Below are positions 19,381 to 30,888 of a DNA stretch of 32,000 nt, piece by piece; positions within the stretch are counted from its first letter, which is position 1; the number at the start of each line of letters is the position of its first letter. Source of the DNA: Mycolicibacterium smegmatis (GTDB lineage Bacteria > Actinomycetota > Actinomycetes > Mycobacteriales > Mycobacteriaceae); NCBI RefSeq assembly GCF_001457595.1, contig NZ_LN831039.1:2520001-2552000 (forward strand). The letters run 5' to 3'. A program made the position numbers and the translations under genes. The notes beneath the pieces are model-generated. The model did not search any database. It saw only the letters and a program-made list of their open reading frames with translations, and had not been told where the DNA came from.

Positions 19381-20007
19381 ATGAACAAAGCGGAGCTCAT
19401 CGACGTACTCACAACCAAAATGGGCACCGATCGTCGGCAGGCTACCGCCGCGGTGGAGAACGTCGTCGACACCATCGTGCGCGCGGTGCACAAGGGCGAT
19501 AGCGTGACGATCACCGGGTTCGGTGTCTTCGAGCAGCGCCGCCGCGCCGCTCGCGTGGCCCGTAACCCGCGGACCGGTGAGACCGTGAAGGTCAAGCCGA
19601 CCTCGGTGCCGGCGTTCCGTCCCGGTGCGCAGTTCAAGGCGGTTATCTCTGGCGCACAGAAGCTCCCGGCCGATGGTCCGGCCGTGAAGCGTGGCGTCAC
19701 CGCTGGTCCCGCCAAGAAGGCCGCCAAGAAGGCACCGGCCAAGAAGGCCGCCGCCAAGAAGACGGCGACCAAGGCTGCGGCGAAGAAGGCCCCGGCCAAG
19801 AAGGCCGCGACCAAGGCTCCGGCGAAGAAGGCCGCGACCAAGGCTCCGGCCAAGAAGGCCGCGACCAAGGCTCCGGCGAAGAAGGCCGCGACCAAGGCTC
19901 CGGCCAAGAAGGCCGCCGCCAAGGCTCCGGCCAAGAAGGCCGCGACCAAGGCTCCGGCCAAGAAGGCCGCCGCCAAGAAGGCCCCGGCCAAGAAGGGCCG
20001 CAGGTAA
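19381..20007 (+). CDS. hupB: Mycobacterial HU / histone-like protein with Lys/Ala/Pro-rich C-terminal tail
   Basis: 208 aa: [67 protein letters not shown] then (KKAATKAPA)n tail. Confidence 0.97.
   Translation: MNKAELIDVLTTKMGTDRRQATAAVENVVDTIVRAVHKGDSVTITGFGVFEQRRRAARVARNPRTGETVKVKPTSVPAFRPGAQFKAVISGAQKLPADGPAVKRGVTAGPAKKAAKKAPAKKAAAKKTATKAAAKKAPAKKAATKAPAKKAATKAPAKKAATKAPAKKAATKAPAKKAAAKAPAKKAATKAPAKKAAAKKAPAKKGRR
19798..19959 (+). repeat. Six 27-bp tandem units encoding KKAA(T/A)KAPA; units 1-2 exactly equal units 3-4 (54-bp perfect duplication)
   Basis: AAGAAGGCCGCGACCAAGGCTCCGGCG/C repeated in frame from 19798. Confidence 0.95.
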
Positions 20008-20014
20008 ATTCCGC

Positions 20015-20056
20015 AAAAGGCACGCCGCGGGGTGATTCACCCCCGGCGTGCCTTTC
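20015..20056. terminator. Bidirectional terminator between hupB and mutT1
   Basis: AAAGGCACGCCG-c-GGGGTG-att-CACCCC-CGGCGTGCCTTT. Confidence 0.85.
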
Positions 20057-20067
20057 GCGTTGGTGCG

Positions 20068-21057
20068 TTACTTCTCGTCGGGAGGGCTCAGATAGTCGGC
20101 ACCCACCAGTTCGCCGTCGGACAGCGACAGCACCCAGGTGCTGCCTTTCCGATTGCCGGTGGTCTCCGGACGCACCTTCGCCCGCTCGCACCACCATTCG
20201 ATGAGACCGGGAATCACCTTGCCCTGCGTGCAAATCACGGGGTTGCCCGGTCTGCCCGCGATCTCCAGCAGCCGCTTGCGGGCGGCCTTGTGGTCGGCGG
20301 CATAGGCCTCTTCGGTCAGCAGCGGCTCGTTGTGGATGAGCTGATCGAGTTCCTGCGCCAGCGGTTCGATGGTCTGATGGCAGCGCACCCGGTCGGCCGC
20401 GTACAGCGTTGTGGCACCGAATGCCATCAATTGCGCGACGAGTGCCTCGGCCTGTGCGCGGCCACGCTTGTCCAGCGGACGCTTGCGATCGTCACCCTTG
20501 TAGCGGGAGCGGCGCCCGGCCGTGCCGTGCCGCACGACGAGTACCGTCTTGGTGTCGACCGGTCGTTTTACGAAGCGCCGCAGTACTTTTCGGTCATCCG
20601 GGTACTGCAGCTGATCCATCGCCGCGTCGACGGGAAGCCATACGAGCTTGTCCACCTCGTCGTTGGGGCTGAAATCTCCTCCGGTCGATTTCGCGGCCCA
20701 GTACCAAACACGTTTGGTGCCCTGCGGGATCGGGTACGTCACCCGTCCGAGGCGGCGGCCCAGCACCGCGGTGTGCCCGGTCTCCTCGTGGATCTCGCGT
20801 GCCGCGGCCACCGGTTCGGTCTCGCCCTGGTCCAATTTGCCCTTGGGAAGTGACCAGTCGTCGTAACGTGGGCGGTGGATGACGGCGACCTCCACCGTCG
20901 CGGGATGCCCTGTGGTTCCACCGTGCTCCGACGCATCGCGCCAGAGCACCGCTCCCGCGGCACGGACGGTGTGCTTCGACTTCTCGGTGGTGTCCTTCGA
21001 CAACGGGATCTCCTGCAGATCGTCCACCGGCATCACAAGCCGGGCCGTTTCACTCAT
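20068..21057 (-). CDS. mutT1: MutT1: Nudix hydrolase fused to histidine-phosphatase domain
   Basis: From ATG 21057: Nudix box [22 protein letters not shown]; C-terminal LVVRHGTAG (RHG) phosphatase motif. The 598 aa ORF track is over-extended. Confidence 0.92.
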   Translation of the reverse strand: MSETARLVMPVDDLQEIPLSKDTTEKSKHTVRAAGAVLWRDASEHGGTTGHPATVEVAVIHRPRYDDWSLPKGKLDQGETEPVAAAREIHEETGHTAVLGRRLGRVTYPIPQGTKRVWYWAAKSTGGDFSPNDEVDKLVWLPVDAAMDQLQYPDDRKVLRRFVKRPVDTKTVLVVRHGTAGRRSRYKGDDRKRPLDKRGRAQAEALVAQLMAFGATTLYAADRVRCHQTIEPLAQELDQLIHNEPLLTEEAYAADHKAARKRLLEIAGRPGNPVICTQGKVIPGLIEWWCERAKVRPETTGNRKGSTWVLSLSDGELVGADYLSPPDEK

Positions 21058-23264
21058 GGCTGGCGGTGGCGTTCCATCAGGGACACCTGATGGTCTCGGA
21101 CCGTCTGGCCTTCCTGAGGCAGTGCGACCCAGTGGCTGTCGTGCCGCAGTTCCCAGCAACGGGTGGCCGGGTCCATGGCCGACTCGAACACCTCGTTGAG
21201 TTGCGCGGTCAGCCGCGGATCCTTGACCTGCGCCATGACCTCCACGCGCCGGTCGAGATTGCGGTGCATCATGTCGGCGCTGCCGATCCAGAATTCGTTG
21301 ATGCCGCGGAAATGAATGATGCGCGAATGTTCGAGGAACCGGCCGAGGATCGACCGGACCGTGATGTTGTCCGAATACCCGGGGACGCCGGGGCGCAGCG
21401 CGCAGATCCCGCGGACCACGATGTCGACGGGGATACCGGCCTGCGACGCCCGGTACAGCGCGTCGATCACCTGCTCGTCGACCAGCGCGTTGGCCTTCAA
21501 GCGGATTCCGGTCTGCGCCCCCGCGTGCTGCGCGGCGATCTCCCGGTCGATCCGCTCGATGATGCCCTTGCGCACACCGCGGGGCGCCACCAGCAGGTTG
21601 CGATAGGAATCCTTGCGGGAGTAGCCGGTCAGCGAGTTGAACAGGTCCGTGAGGTCGGCCCCGATGTCGGGGTCGGCGGTGAGCAGGCCCACATCCTCGT
21701 AGAGGCGTGCGGTTTTCGGGTTGTAGTTGCCGGTCCCGATGTGGCAGTACCGCCGGATCGCCGAACCCTCGCGACGCACGACAAGACAAGTCTTGCAATG
21801 TGTCTTCAACCCGATGAGCCCGTAGACCACGTGCACGCCCGCCTGCTCCAGCGTGCGCGCCCACTTGATGTTGGCCTGTTCGTCGAAGCGGGCCTTGATC
21901 TCGACGAGGGCGACCACCTGCTTGCCCGCCTCGGCGGCATCGATCAGTGCGTTGACGATGGGGGAGTCGCCCGATGTGCGGTACAGCGTCTGCTTGATGG
22001 CCAGCACGTTGGGATCCGCGGCGGCCTGCTCGATGAACCGCTGCACCGTCGTCGAGAACGAGTCATACGGGTGGTGTACCAGCACATCTCCGTCGCGCAG
22101 CGTCGAGAAGATACTCTTGGGCGTCTCGCGTTCGCCGAACGCAGGCGGGGTTGCCGGGACGAACGGCCGGTCCTTGAGATCAGGGCGGTCGACGCTGTAG
22201 ATCTGCCACAGCGCCGACAGATCGAGCAGGCCCGGCACCTCGATGACATCGCCGGGTGCCACGTCGAGTTCGCGCAGCAGCAGTTCCAGCATGCTCTCGG
22301 TCATGTCGTCGGAAACTTCCAGCCGGACCGGCGAACCGAATCGCCTGCGCGCGAGTTCCCGTTCCAGCGCCTGCAGCAGATCCTCGTCGCGGTCCTCCTC
22401 GACCTCGAAGTCCGCGTTGCGGGTGATGCGGAAAGCGTGGTGCTCCACCACTTCCAGTCCGGGGAACAGCACGGGCAGGAAAGCCGCGATGAGCTCCTCC
22501 ATGGGCAGGAAGCGCACACCGTCGGAGTCATGCGACGACGATCCGAGTTCGACGAAGCGCCCGACGTTGTCGGGAACCTTGATCCTGGCGAAGTGCTGTC
22601 CACCGTCGTCGGGATGCCTGACGGTGATCGCGAGGTTCAGGCTCAGACCGCTCACGAACGGGAACGGGTGCGCCGGGTCGACCGCGAGCGGGGTGAGCAC
22701 GGGGAAGACCTGCTCGTGGAAATAGGTGGAGAGTTTGGCGCGTTCGTCCTCGTCGAGTTCGGCCCACGTGACGATGTGGATGCCCTGCTGGGCCAGTGCC
22801 GGGCGCACCGAGTCGAGGAACACCGCCGCGTGGCGGAAGGAGATCTGCTGTGTGCGTTCGTTGATGCGGCGCAACTGCTCACGCGGGGACAAGCCGTCCG
22901 CCGAGCGCACCGACAGGCCCATCTCGTCGCGGCGTTTGAGGCCGGCGACGCGGACCATGTAGAACTCGTCGAGGTTGGAGGCGAAGATCGCAAGGAATTT
23001 CGCGCGCTCCAACAACGGCAGCGAGGGGTCGGCCGCGAGCGCGAGCACGCGCGCGTTGAAGTCGAGCCAGCTCAGCTCGCGGTTGAGGTAGCGGTCTTCG
23101 GGCAGCGTGTTGTCGACGGTCGGCGAGGTTGCCGCGGGCGGCGCGGCAGGCGTCGCGACCGCCTGTCCCGAGGCGGCCGGGCGTGCGGTTCCGTCCTGCG
23201 CGAGGGGCTCATCGGTGCGATTGGCAGGCTCTGCTTCGGTCGCTTCGCTCACGTGTCCGATCAT
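21054..23264 (-). CDS. ppk: Polyphosphate kinase 1
   Basis: 736 aa; [63 protein letters not shown] overlap with mutT1. Confidence 0.96.
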   Translation of the reverse strand: MIGHVSEATEAEPANRTDEPLAQDGTARPAASGQAVATPAAPPAATSPTVDNTLPEDRYLNRELSWLDFNARVLALAADPSLPLLERAKFLAIFASNLDEFYMVRVAGLKRRDEMGLSVRSADGLSPREQLRRINERTQQISFRHAAVFLDSVRPALAQQGIHIVTWAELDEDERAKLSTYFHEQVFPVLTPLAVDPAHPFPFVSGLSLNLAITVRHPDDGGQHFARIKVPDNVGRFVELGSSSHDSDGVRFLPMEELIAAFLPVLFPGLEVVEHHAFRITRNADFEVEEDRDEDLLQALERELARRRFGSPVRLEVSDDMTESMLELLLRELDVAPGDVIEVPGLLDLSALWQIYSVDRPDLKDRPFVPATPPAFGERETPKSIFSTLRDGDVLVHHPYDSFSTTVQRFIEQAAADPNVLAIKQTLYRTSGDSPIVNALIDAAEAGKQVVALVEIKARFDEQANIKWARTLEQAGVHVVYGLIGLKTHCKTCLVVRREGSAIRRYCHIGTGNYNPKTARLYEDVGLLTADPDIGADLTDLFNSLTGYSRKDSYRNLLVAPRGVRKGIIERIDREIAAQHAGAQTGIRLKANALVDEQVIDALYRASQAGIPVDIVVRGICALRPGVPGYSDNITVRSILGRFLEHSRIIHFRGINEFWIGSADMMHRNLDRRVEVMAQVKDPRLTAQLNEVFESAMDPATRCWELRHDSHWVALPQEGQTVRDHQVSLMERHRQP

Positions 23265-23292
23265 TCCCTAAGACCGGTCGGGCGGCCACCTC

Positions 23293-25020
<1,728 letters not shown>

Positions 25021-25024
25021 ACAC

Positions 25025-26134
25025 ATGGACGGCACCTACGGAGATTCCACTCGCAGCGTCAAAGCCGTTGGGGTGGACGCGGTTCCGGGGCAGCCCGTGG
25101 CGCCCATGCCGGTGCCCGCCTCGACCTATCACCTGTCGCCCGACGCGACCGAACCGCTGGACAGCTACGGCCGCAGCTCGAACCCGTCGTGGCGGCAGCT
25201 GGAGTCGGCGCTGGCCGAACTCGAAGGTGCCTCGTGGGCGTTGACCTACGGCTCCGGGATGGCCGCGATCACCTCGACGCTGCGCGCGCTGACCCGGCCG
25301 GGCACCACGCTGGTCGTCCCCGCCGACGGGTACTACCAGGTGCGGCGATACGGCGCGGAATATCTTGCCCAACAAGGTGTTTCGGTCATCGAAGCGCACT
25401 CGCACGAGATGTGCGATGCCGCGGAGAAGGCCGACGTGGTACTCGCCGAGACACCGGCCAATCCGGGACTGGACGTCGTCGACCTGCACCGTCTGGCGAT
25501 GATCTGCCGGGCCCGCAAGGCCACCCTGGTCGTCGACAACACCACCGCGACACCGCTGGGACAGCAACCGCTTTCGCTCGGCGCCGATCTGGTGGTGGCC
25601 AGCGCGACGAAATCGTTGTCGGGGCACAGTGACCTGATCGCGGGTTACGTGGCGGGCTGCCAGCCGGAACTGGCTGAGCGCATCGAACGCGACCGGCTGC
25701 TGGCCGGCCCCATCCTCGGGGCGTTCGAGGCCTGGCTGGTGCTGCGCAGCCTCGGTAGTGCGGGGCTGCGCTTCGAACGGCAGTGCCAGAACGCGCTCGC
25801 CCTGGCGGTCATGCTGCGCGGCCATCCGGCCGTGCGCTCGGTGCGGTATCCGGGGCTGCCGGAAGATCCGGCACACGCCGTGGCCGCCGAGCAGATGAAA
25901 CATTTCGGTGGGCTGGTGTCGTTCGAACTGGCCGACGCCGCTGCGGTCAACGCGCTCGTCGAACGCAGCGAGTTGCTCATCGCCTCGACGAGCTTCGGCG
26001 GCATCCACACCTCCGTCGACCGCCGCGCGCGCTGGGGTGATCCGGTGCCCGAGGGGTTCGTGCGCATCTCCGCCGGGATCGAGGACACCGACGATCTGCT
26101 CGCCGACGTCGAACGAGCCCTGCCCGCCGGGTGA
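25025..26134 (+). CDS. PLP-dependent Cys/Met metabolism enzyme (cystathionine gamma-lyase-like)
   Basis: 369 aa; LTYGSGMAAITSTL, LAETPANPGLDVVDL, VVDNTTATPLGQQPLSLGADLVVASATKSLSGHSDLIAGYV (PLP-lysine motif). Confidence 0.88.
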   Translation: MDGTYGDSTRSVKAVGVDAVPGQPVAPMPVPASTYHLSPDATEPLDSYGRSSNPSWRQLESALAELEGASWALTYGSGMAAITSTLRALTRPGTTLVVPADGYYQVRRYGAEYLAQQGVSVIEAHSHEMCDAAEKADVVLAETPANPGLDVVDLHRLAMICRARKATLVVDNTTATPLGQQPLSLGADLVVASATKSLSGHSDLIAGYVAGCQPELAERIERDRLLAGPILGAFEAWLVLRSLGSAGLRFERQCQNALALAVMLRGHPAVRSVRYPGLPEDPAHAVAAEQMKHFGGLVSFELADAAAVNALVERSELLIASTSFGGIHTSVDRRARWGDPVPEGFVRISAGIEDTDDLLADVERALPAG

Positions 26135-26275
26135 CGCGCGGCGCCGCGCCCGTTGCCGAAAACGTCGCGGCCCGTGGCCGCCCGCCGCGGGGAGATTTCG
26201 GGGCCGCGTCGCATAAGGCCAGGTCAGGGTGTGCCGAAATGCGCGACCGAGGCGGGGCGGTAGCCTCTCTAGGTT

Positions 26276-27397
26276 GTGACTGCCCCGAACCATCCTCCTG
26301 GCCGCACCCGCGTCGCCGTCGTCTACGGCGGGCGTAGCTCGGAGCACGCGATCTCGTGCGTGTCGGCAGGCAGCATCCTGCGCAACCTCGATCCGGAGCG
26401 TTTCGAGGTCGTCGCCATCGGCATCACGCCTGACGGCTCGTGGGTGCTCACCGACGGTCGGCCCGAGACGCTCGCGATCACCGACGGCAAACTGCCCGCG
26501 GTGACCGAGGCGTCGGGCACCGAACTCGCGCTGCCCGCCGCGCCCAACCGCAGCGGCCAGTTGCTGGCGCTGGGCAACGGCCCCGGCGAGATCCTCGCCG
26601 CGGTCGATGTGGTGTTCCCCGTGCTGCACGGTCCGTACGGCGAAGACGGCACCATCCAGGGCCTGCTCGAACTCGCAGGCGTGCCCTACGTGGGATCGGG
26701 CGTGCTGGCCAGCGCCGCCGGTATGGACAAGGAGTACACCAAGAAGCTGCTCGCCGCCGAGGGGCTGCCGATCGGCGATCAGGTGGTCCTGCGTCCCGGC
26801 GTCGAGACCCTCGACCTCGAACAGCGTGAGCGGCTCGGCCTGCCGGTCTTCGTCAAACCCGCGCGCGGCGGATCCTCGATCGGCGTCAGCCGGGTCACCG
26901 CGTGGGACGAACTGCCCGCAGCGGTCGCGCTGGCGCGCCGCCATGACCCGAAGGTCATCGTCGAGGCCGCGGTGATAGGCCGTGAATTGGAGTGCGGTGT
27001 CCTGGAGTTCCCCGATGGCCGTCTCGAGGCCAGCACGGTCGGCGAGATCCGCGTGGCCGGTGTGCGCGGCCGCGAGGACGGGTTCTACGACTTCGCCACC
27101 AAATACCTCGAGGACGCGGCCGAACTCGACGTGCCCGCCAAGGTCGACGACGACGTCGCCGACGAGATCCGGCAGCTCGCGGTGCGCGCGTTCACCGCGA
27201 TCGGCTGCCAGGGCCTCGCACGCGTCGACTTCTTCCTCACCGACGACGGTCCGGTGATCAACGAGATCAACACCATGCCGGGGTTCACCACCATCTCGAT
27301 GTACCCGCGGATGTGGGCCGCCGGCGGTATCGACTATCCGACGCTGCTGGCCGCGATGGTCGACACCGCGATCGCGCGGGGCACCGGCCTGCGCTGA
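26276..27397 (+). CDS. ddlA: D-alanine--D-alanine ligase
   Basis: 373 aa; [75 protein letters not shown]. Confidence 0.95.
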   Translation: MTAPNHPPGRTRVAVVYGGRSSEHAISCVSAGSILRNLDPERFEVVAIGITPDGSWVLTDGRPETLAITDGKLPAVTEASGTELALPAAPNRSGQLLALGNGPGEILAAVDVVFPVLHGPYGEDGTIQGLLELAGVPYVGSGVLASAAGMDKEYTKKLLAAEGLPIGDQVVLRPGVETLDLEQRERLGLPVFVKPARGGSSIGVSRVTAWDELPAAVALARRHDPKVIVEAAVIGRELECGVLEFPDGRLEASTVGEIRVAGVRGREDGFYDFATKYLEDAAELDVPAKVDDDVADEIRQLAVRAFTAIGCQGLARVDFFLTDDGPVINEINTMPGFTTISMYPRMWAAGGIDYPTLLAAMVDTAIARGTGLR

Positions 27398-27985
27398 TCA
27401 GCGCGCGGGGCCCGGCTCGACGGGTTTTTCGGGCATGGCCCGTGCGATCTGACCCGAGATCAGCTGGATCGGTGTCGGCCCGGAGCCCGACGGCAGCGTC
27501 AGCGCCACATACACCGGGCGGTCGACCGCGTACCACGTGCTGCGTGTGTCCTCGGCCGCGCCCGCGTCGGCGTCCCCGGGTTGTGCGGCGCCGGTGTCGC
27601 CCACGCGGAACCACTGCACCAGATCGACCACCTGCAGCGGTGCGCCCACCACGAAGTCGACGGGTCGTTCCAGACCGCACCGCAGGATGATCGGTTCCAT
27701 GTCGGCCGCGCCGCGCCAGGCCGCCGTGCCCTGCGGCGTCGGCTCGACCGTCGGCGCACGCCGGAAATCGCCGAGTTGTTCCGGCAGGCCGTCCATGAGC
27801 GCGTGGCATTCCGGGCTGTCGGCCTGCGGGGCGGGCACCGACGAGATCGCCACCGGTTCCTGTTCGGGGGACTGCTTGTGCGACGCGGCGATTCCCAGCA
27901 CGGTGATCAACACCGACACCGCGACAACGACCGCCGCGATCAACAGAGCGCGGGGCGGGCCGTCGGTGGTGTGCGGATCGGTCAC
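27398..27985 (-). CDS. DUF3515-type membrane-anchored protein
   Basis: 195 aa; one N-terminal TM ALLIAAVVVAVSVLITVLG; C-rich ectodomain; conserved position next to ddlA. Family assignment is from memory. Confidence 0.65.
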   Translation of the reverse strand: MTDPHTTDGPPRALLIAAVVVAVSVLITVLGIAASHKQSPEQEPVAISSVPAPQADSPECHALMDGLPEQLGDFRRAPTVEPTPQGTAAWRGAADMEPIILRCGLERPVDFVVGAPLQVVDLVQWFRVGDTGAAQPGDADAGAAEDTRSTWYAVDRPVYVALTLPSGSGPTPIQLISGQIARAMPEKPVEPGPAR

Positions 27986-28001
27986 ACCGACAACTCTATG
28001 G

Positions 28002-28238
28002 CTATGTGCCGCTCGCGATCGGGCAGGTCAGCGTTCGTGTGATCCCGGCGACCTGCTGCACGCTCGGCACCACGTCCGCGCGCAGCGCCTCGAGCGTGTC
28101 GGCGCTGACGCGAAGCACGACATCGTAAGGGCCCGTCACGTATTCCGCCGAGACGACGCCCGCGAGCGAGGCGAGTTGTTTCGCTACGACCTCGGCGCGG
28201 CCCACCTCGGTCTGGATCAACACGTACGCCTCGACCAC
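28002..28238 (-). CDS. Small Lrp/AsnC ligand-binding (RAM/ACT-like) domain protein, no HTH
   Basis: From GTG 28238: MVEAYVLIQTEVGRAEVVAKQLASLAGVVSAEYVTGPYDVVLRVSADTLEALRADVVPSVQQVAGITRTLTCPIASGT, 78 aa. Confidence 0.85.
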   Translation of the reverse strand: MVEAYVLIQTEVGRAEVVAKQLASLAGVVSAEYVTGPYDVVLRVSADTLEALRADVVPSVQQVAGITRTLTCPIASGT

Positions 28239-28344
28239 CCGCAGTCTCCTCCGTCTCGCTGCATAGACTCTCGCCGCAGGCACCAAACGTACCGCAGGAG
28301 CGGCAACCGTTCAGGGCGCGGGCCGCGCCCGGCAGGGAGGCGAT

Positions 28345-29358
28345 ATGGCCGAGGACACAGCCGGGGCGAACGATGCGCAGACGTCACCCGGACCGTTTGC
28401 TGGTTCGGCGTCCGACTCCCTGTCGGCGGTGGGTGAGTTCGCCGTCATCGACCGCCTGCTGAACGGTCGCGTGCAACCCCCGTCGGTGACGGTGGGTCCC
28501 GGCGACGACGCGGCCGTGATAGCCACGAGCGACGGCAGGACCGCGGTGTCCACCGACATGCTGGTCGAGCGAAGGCATTTCCGTCTCGACTGGGCGAGCC
28601 CACACCAGATCGGCCGTAAGGCCATCGCGCAGAACGCCGCCGACATCGAGGCCATGGGCGCACGGCCGGCAGCGTTCGTGGTGTCGTTCGGAGCGCCCTC
28701 GGATACCCCCGCCGACGCCGCGGTCGAACTCTCCGACGGCATGTGGGACGAGGCACGCAGGTGCGGTGGCGGCATCGCGGGCGGCGATCTGGTGCGCGCA
28801 CCGCTGTGGGTGATATCGGTCACCGTGCTGGGTGATCTCGGCGGACGCGCACCGGTGTTACGCAGCGGGGCCCGTGCCGGCGACGTGGTCGCGGTGGCGG
28901 GTGACCTCGGGCGGTCGGCCGCGGGATATGCGTTGTGGGCCAAGGGAATCGACGAGTATCCCGAACTCAGGGAGCGTCATCTCGTGCCGCGGCCGCCGTA
29001 CGGGCACGGCGTCGCCGCCGCCGACGCGGGTGCCACGGCCATGACCGACGTGTCCGACGGGCTGATCGCCGATCTCGGCCACATCGCCACCGCGTCCGGC
29101 GTCGAGATCGACGTCGCCACCGATCTCTTGGCATCCGATCACGCCGCCGTGGCCGCGGCCGCGGCGACCGTTGCCGCCGACGCGTGGTCGCTGGTGCTCG
29201 GTGGCGGAGAGGACCATGCGCTCGTCGCGACGTTCCCCGGCGAGGTTCCCGACGGCTGGCGGGTGATCGGACGGGTTCGCGCGAGCCACGCAGGGGCGCG
29301 GGTGCTCGTCGACGGCGAGAAATGGTCGGGCACCGCGGGATGGCAGTCGTTCGACTGA
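28345..29358 (+). CDS. thiL: Thiamine-monophosphate kinase
   Basis: 337 aa; [51 protein letters not shown]-like [11 protein letters not shown]. Confidence 0.93.
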   Translation: MAEDTAGANDAQTSPGPFAGSASDSLSAVGEFAVIDRLLNGRVQPPSVTVGPGDDAAVIATSDGRTAVSTDMLVERRHFRLDWASPHQIGRKAIAQNAADIEAMGARPAAFVVSFGAPSDTPADAAVELSDGMWDEARRCGGGIAGGDLVRAPLWVISVTVLGDLGGRAPVLRSGARAGDVVAVAGDLGRSAAGYALWAKGIDEYPELRERHLVPRPPYGHGVAAADAGATAMTDVSDGLIADLGHIATASGVEIDVATDLLASDHAAVAAAAATVAADAWSLVLGGGEDHALVATFPGEVPDGWRVIGRVRASHAGARVLVDGEKWSGTAGWQSFD

Positions 29359-29384
29359 CGCCGATCACGCTAAGTTGGCTTTCC

Positions 29385-30068
29385 GTGACCGCACGACCGC
29401 TGAACGAACTCGTCGAGGAAGGTTGGGCCCGCGCGCTGGAGCCCGTGGCAGATCAGGTGGCGCAGATGGGGGAGTTCCTGCGCACCGAACTCGCCGAGGG
29501 CAGGCAGTACCTGCCCGCCGGGCAGAATGTGCTGCGGGCGTTCACATTTCCGTTCGATCAGGTGAGGGTGCTGATCGTCGGGCAGGATCCCTACCCGACA
29601 CCGGGCCACGCGGTGGGCCTGAGCTTCTCGGTCGCGCCCGACGTGCGGCCGCTGCCGCGCAGCCTGTCCAACATCTTCACCGAGTACACCGAGGATCTCG
29701 GCCACCCGCAGCCCAGCAGCGGCGATCTGACGCCGTGGGCAGAGCGTGGGGTGATGCTGCTCAACAGGGTGCTCACGGTGCGCCCGGGAACACCGGCGTC
29801 CCACCGCGGTAAAGGATGGGAGGCCGTCACCGAATGCGCCATCCGCGCGCTCGTGGCGCGCGAGCAGCCGTTGGTGGCGGTGTTGTGGGGGCGCGATGCC
29901 GCGACGCTGAAGCCGATGCTGGCCGAAGGTGACTGCGCGACGATCGAGTCGCCGCATCCCTCGCCGCTGTCCGCGTCACGCGGGTTCTTCGGGTCGAGGC
30001 CCTTCAGTCGCGTCAACGAACTGCTCCAGCGTCGCGGCATCGAACCGATCGACTGGAAGTTGCCCTAG
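29385..30068 (+). CDS. ung: Uracil-DNA glycosylase
   Basis: 227 aa from GTG 29385; [59 protein letters not shown]. Confidence 0.95.
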   Translation: MTARPLNELVEEGWARALEPVADQVAQMGEFLRTELAEGRQYLPAGQNVLRAFTFPFDQVRVLIVGQDPYPTPGHAVGLSFSVAPDVRPLPRSLSNIFTEYTEDLGHPQPSSGDLTPWAERGVMLLNRVLTVRPGTPASHRGKGWEAVTECAIRALVAREQPLVAVLWGRDAATLKPMLAEGDCATIESPHPSPLSASRGFFGSRPFSRVNELLQRRGIEPIDWKLP

Positions 30069-30383
30069 TCAGGGGGTCGTGGTCGGCAGCTCGGGCGTCG
30101 GGATCTCGATCGTGGCGCTGCCGTCGTCGGTCGGGCCACCCGGAGGCGGCGCCTCCTCGCTGGTCGGCAGTTCCGTGGGGATCTCCACCGTCGCGCTACC
30201 GTCGCTGGTCTCGGGAGCCGTCGTCTCGGGAGCCGTCGTCTCGACCACCGACTCGGTGGTGGTGGTCTCGAGCGTCGATTCGCCGCCGGAGTCGCTGCCG
30301 GCGCATGCGGTCAACAAGGCGCCGACTGCAGCACCGGCGGCGATGGCGTACAGCGGTGAACGTGATGTGTGGCGTGAGGTCAT
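30069..30383 (-). CDS. Small Thr/Pro/Glu-rich putative lipoprotein
   Basis: From ATG 30383: MTSRHTSRSPLYAIAAGAAVGALLTACAGSDSGGES...; lipobox LTAC; internal near-duplicate GSATVEIPTELP / GSATIEIPTPELP. Confidence 0.7.
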   Translation of the reverse strand: MTSRHTSRSPLYAIAAGAAVGALLTACAGSDSGGESTLETTTTESVVETTAPETTAPETSDGSATVEIPTELPTSEEAPPPGGPTDDGSATIEIPTPELPTTTP

Positions 30384-30459
30384 GATGGCCCTGTTACCCG
30401 GCCGGATCATTAACCAAACGAAAGGACCGGCAGACGCCGGTCAGGCGCGAGCGCTCAGC

Positions 30460-30654
30460 TCAGGCGCGCGAGACCTTGCCGGCCTTGATGCACGAGGTGC
30501 AGGCGTTGATCCGCTGCTTGTTGCCGCCAGGACGGGTCACGGCACGCACCGGCTGGATGTTCGGATTCCAGCGCCGGCTGGTCCGCCGATGCGAATGCGA
30601 CACCGACTTGCCGAAGCCGGGGCCCTTCCCGCAGATATCGCACACGGCAGCCAT
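30460..30654 (-). CDS. rpmB: 50S ribosomal protein L28, Cys-containing form
   Basis: 64 aa [38 protein letters not shown]...[13 protein letters not shown] with two CxxC motifs. Confidence 0.95.
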
Positions 30655-30888
30655 ATCAACAACTCCTCGAAATCAGTACTTGGGGGCCAACGACCGCAAG
30701 GCGGGTGACCCGACAACCTGACCAGGATACCGAGAAGGCGAGGTATCGCCAAAATCGGCCGTCAACACCGCGGCGCGCGGTGCACAGGTGCAGGTGGTCG
30801 GCACCGGTTTGTCATTGTGACTGGCTAGGCTGGCGCCCACGATGGCGCCCTGCGCGCACCAGGGGTTCGGCGTGAACTTGGAGGTCCG

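Noticed and set aside
19212-20040. Antisense Ala/Leu-rich ORFs opposite hupB (259 and 242 aa) that look like membrane proteins
   Set aside because: They are translations of the 27-bp hupB tail repeats in other frames, so periodic hydrophobic peptides are an artefact.
28935-29384. N-terminal extension of the 377 aa ung ORF
   Set aside because: Out-of-frame shadow of thiL; Ung homology starts at GTG 29385.
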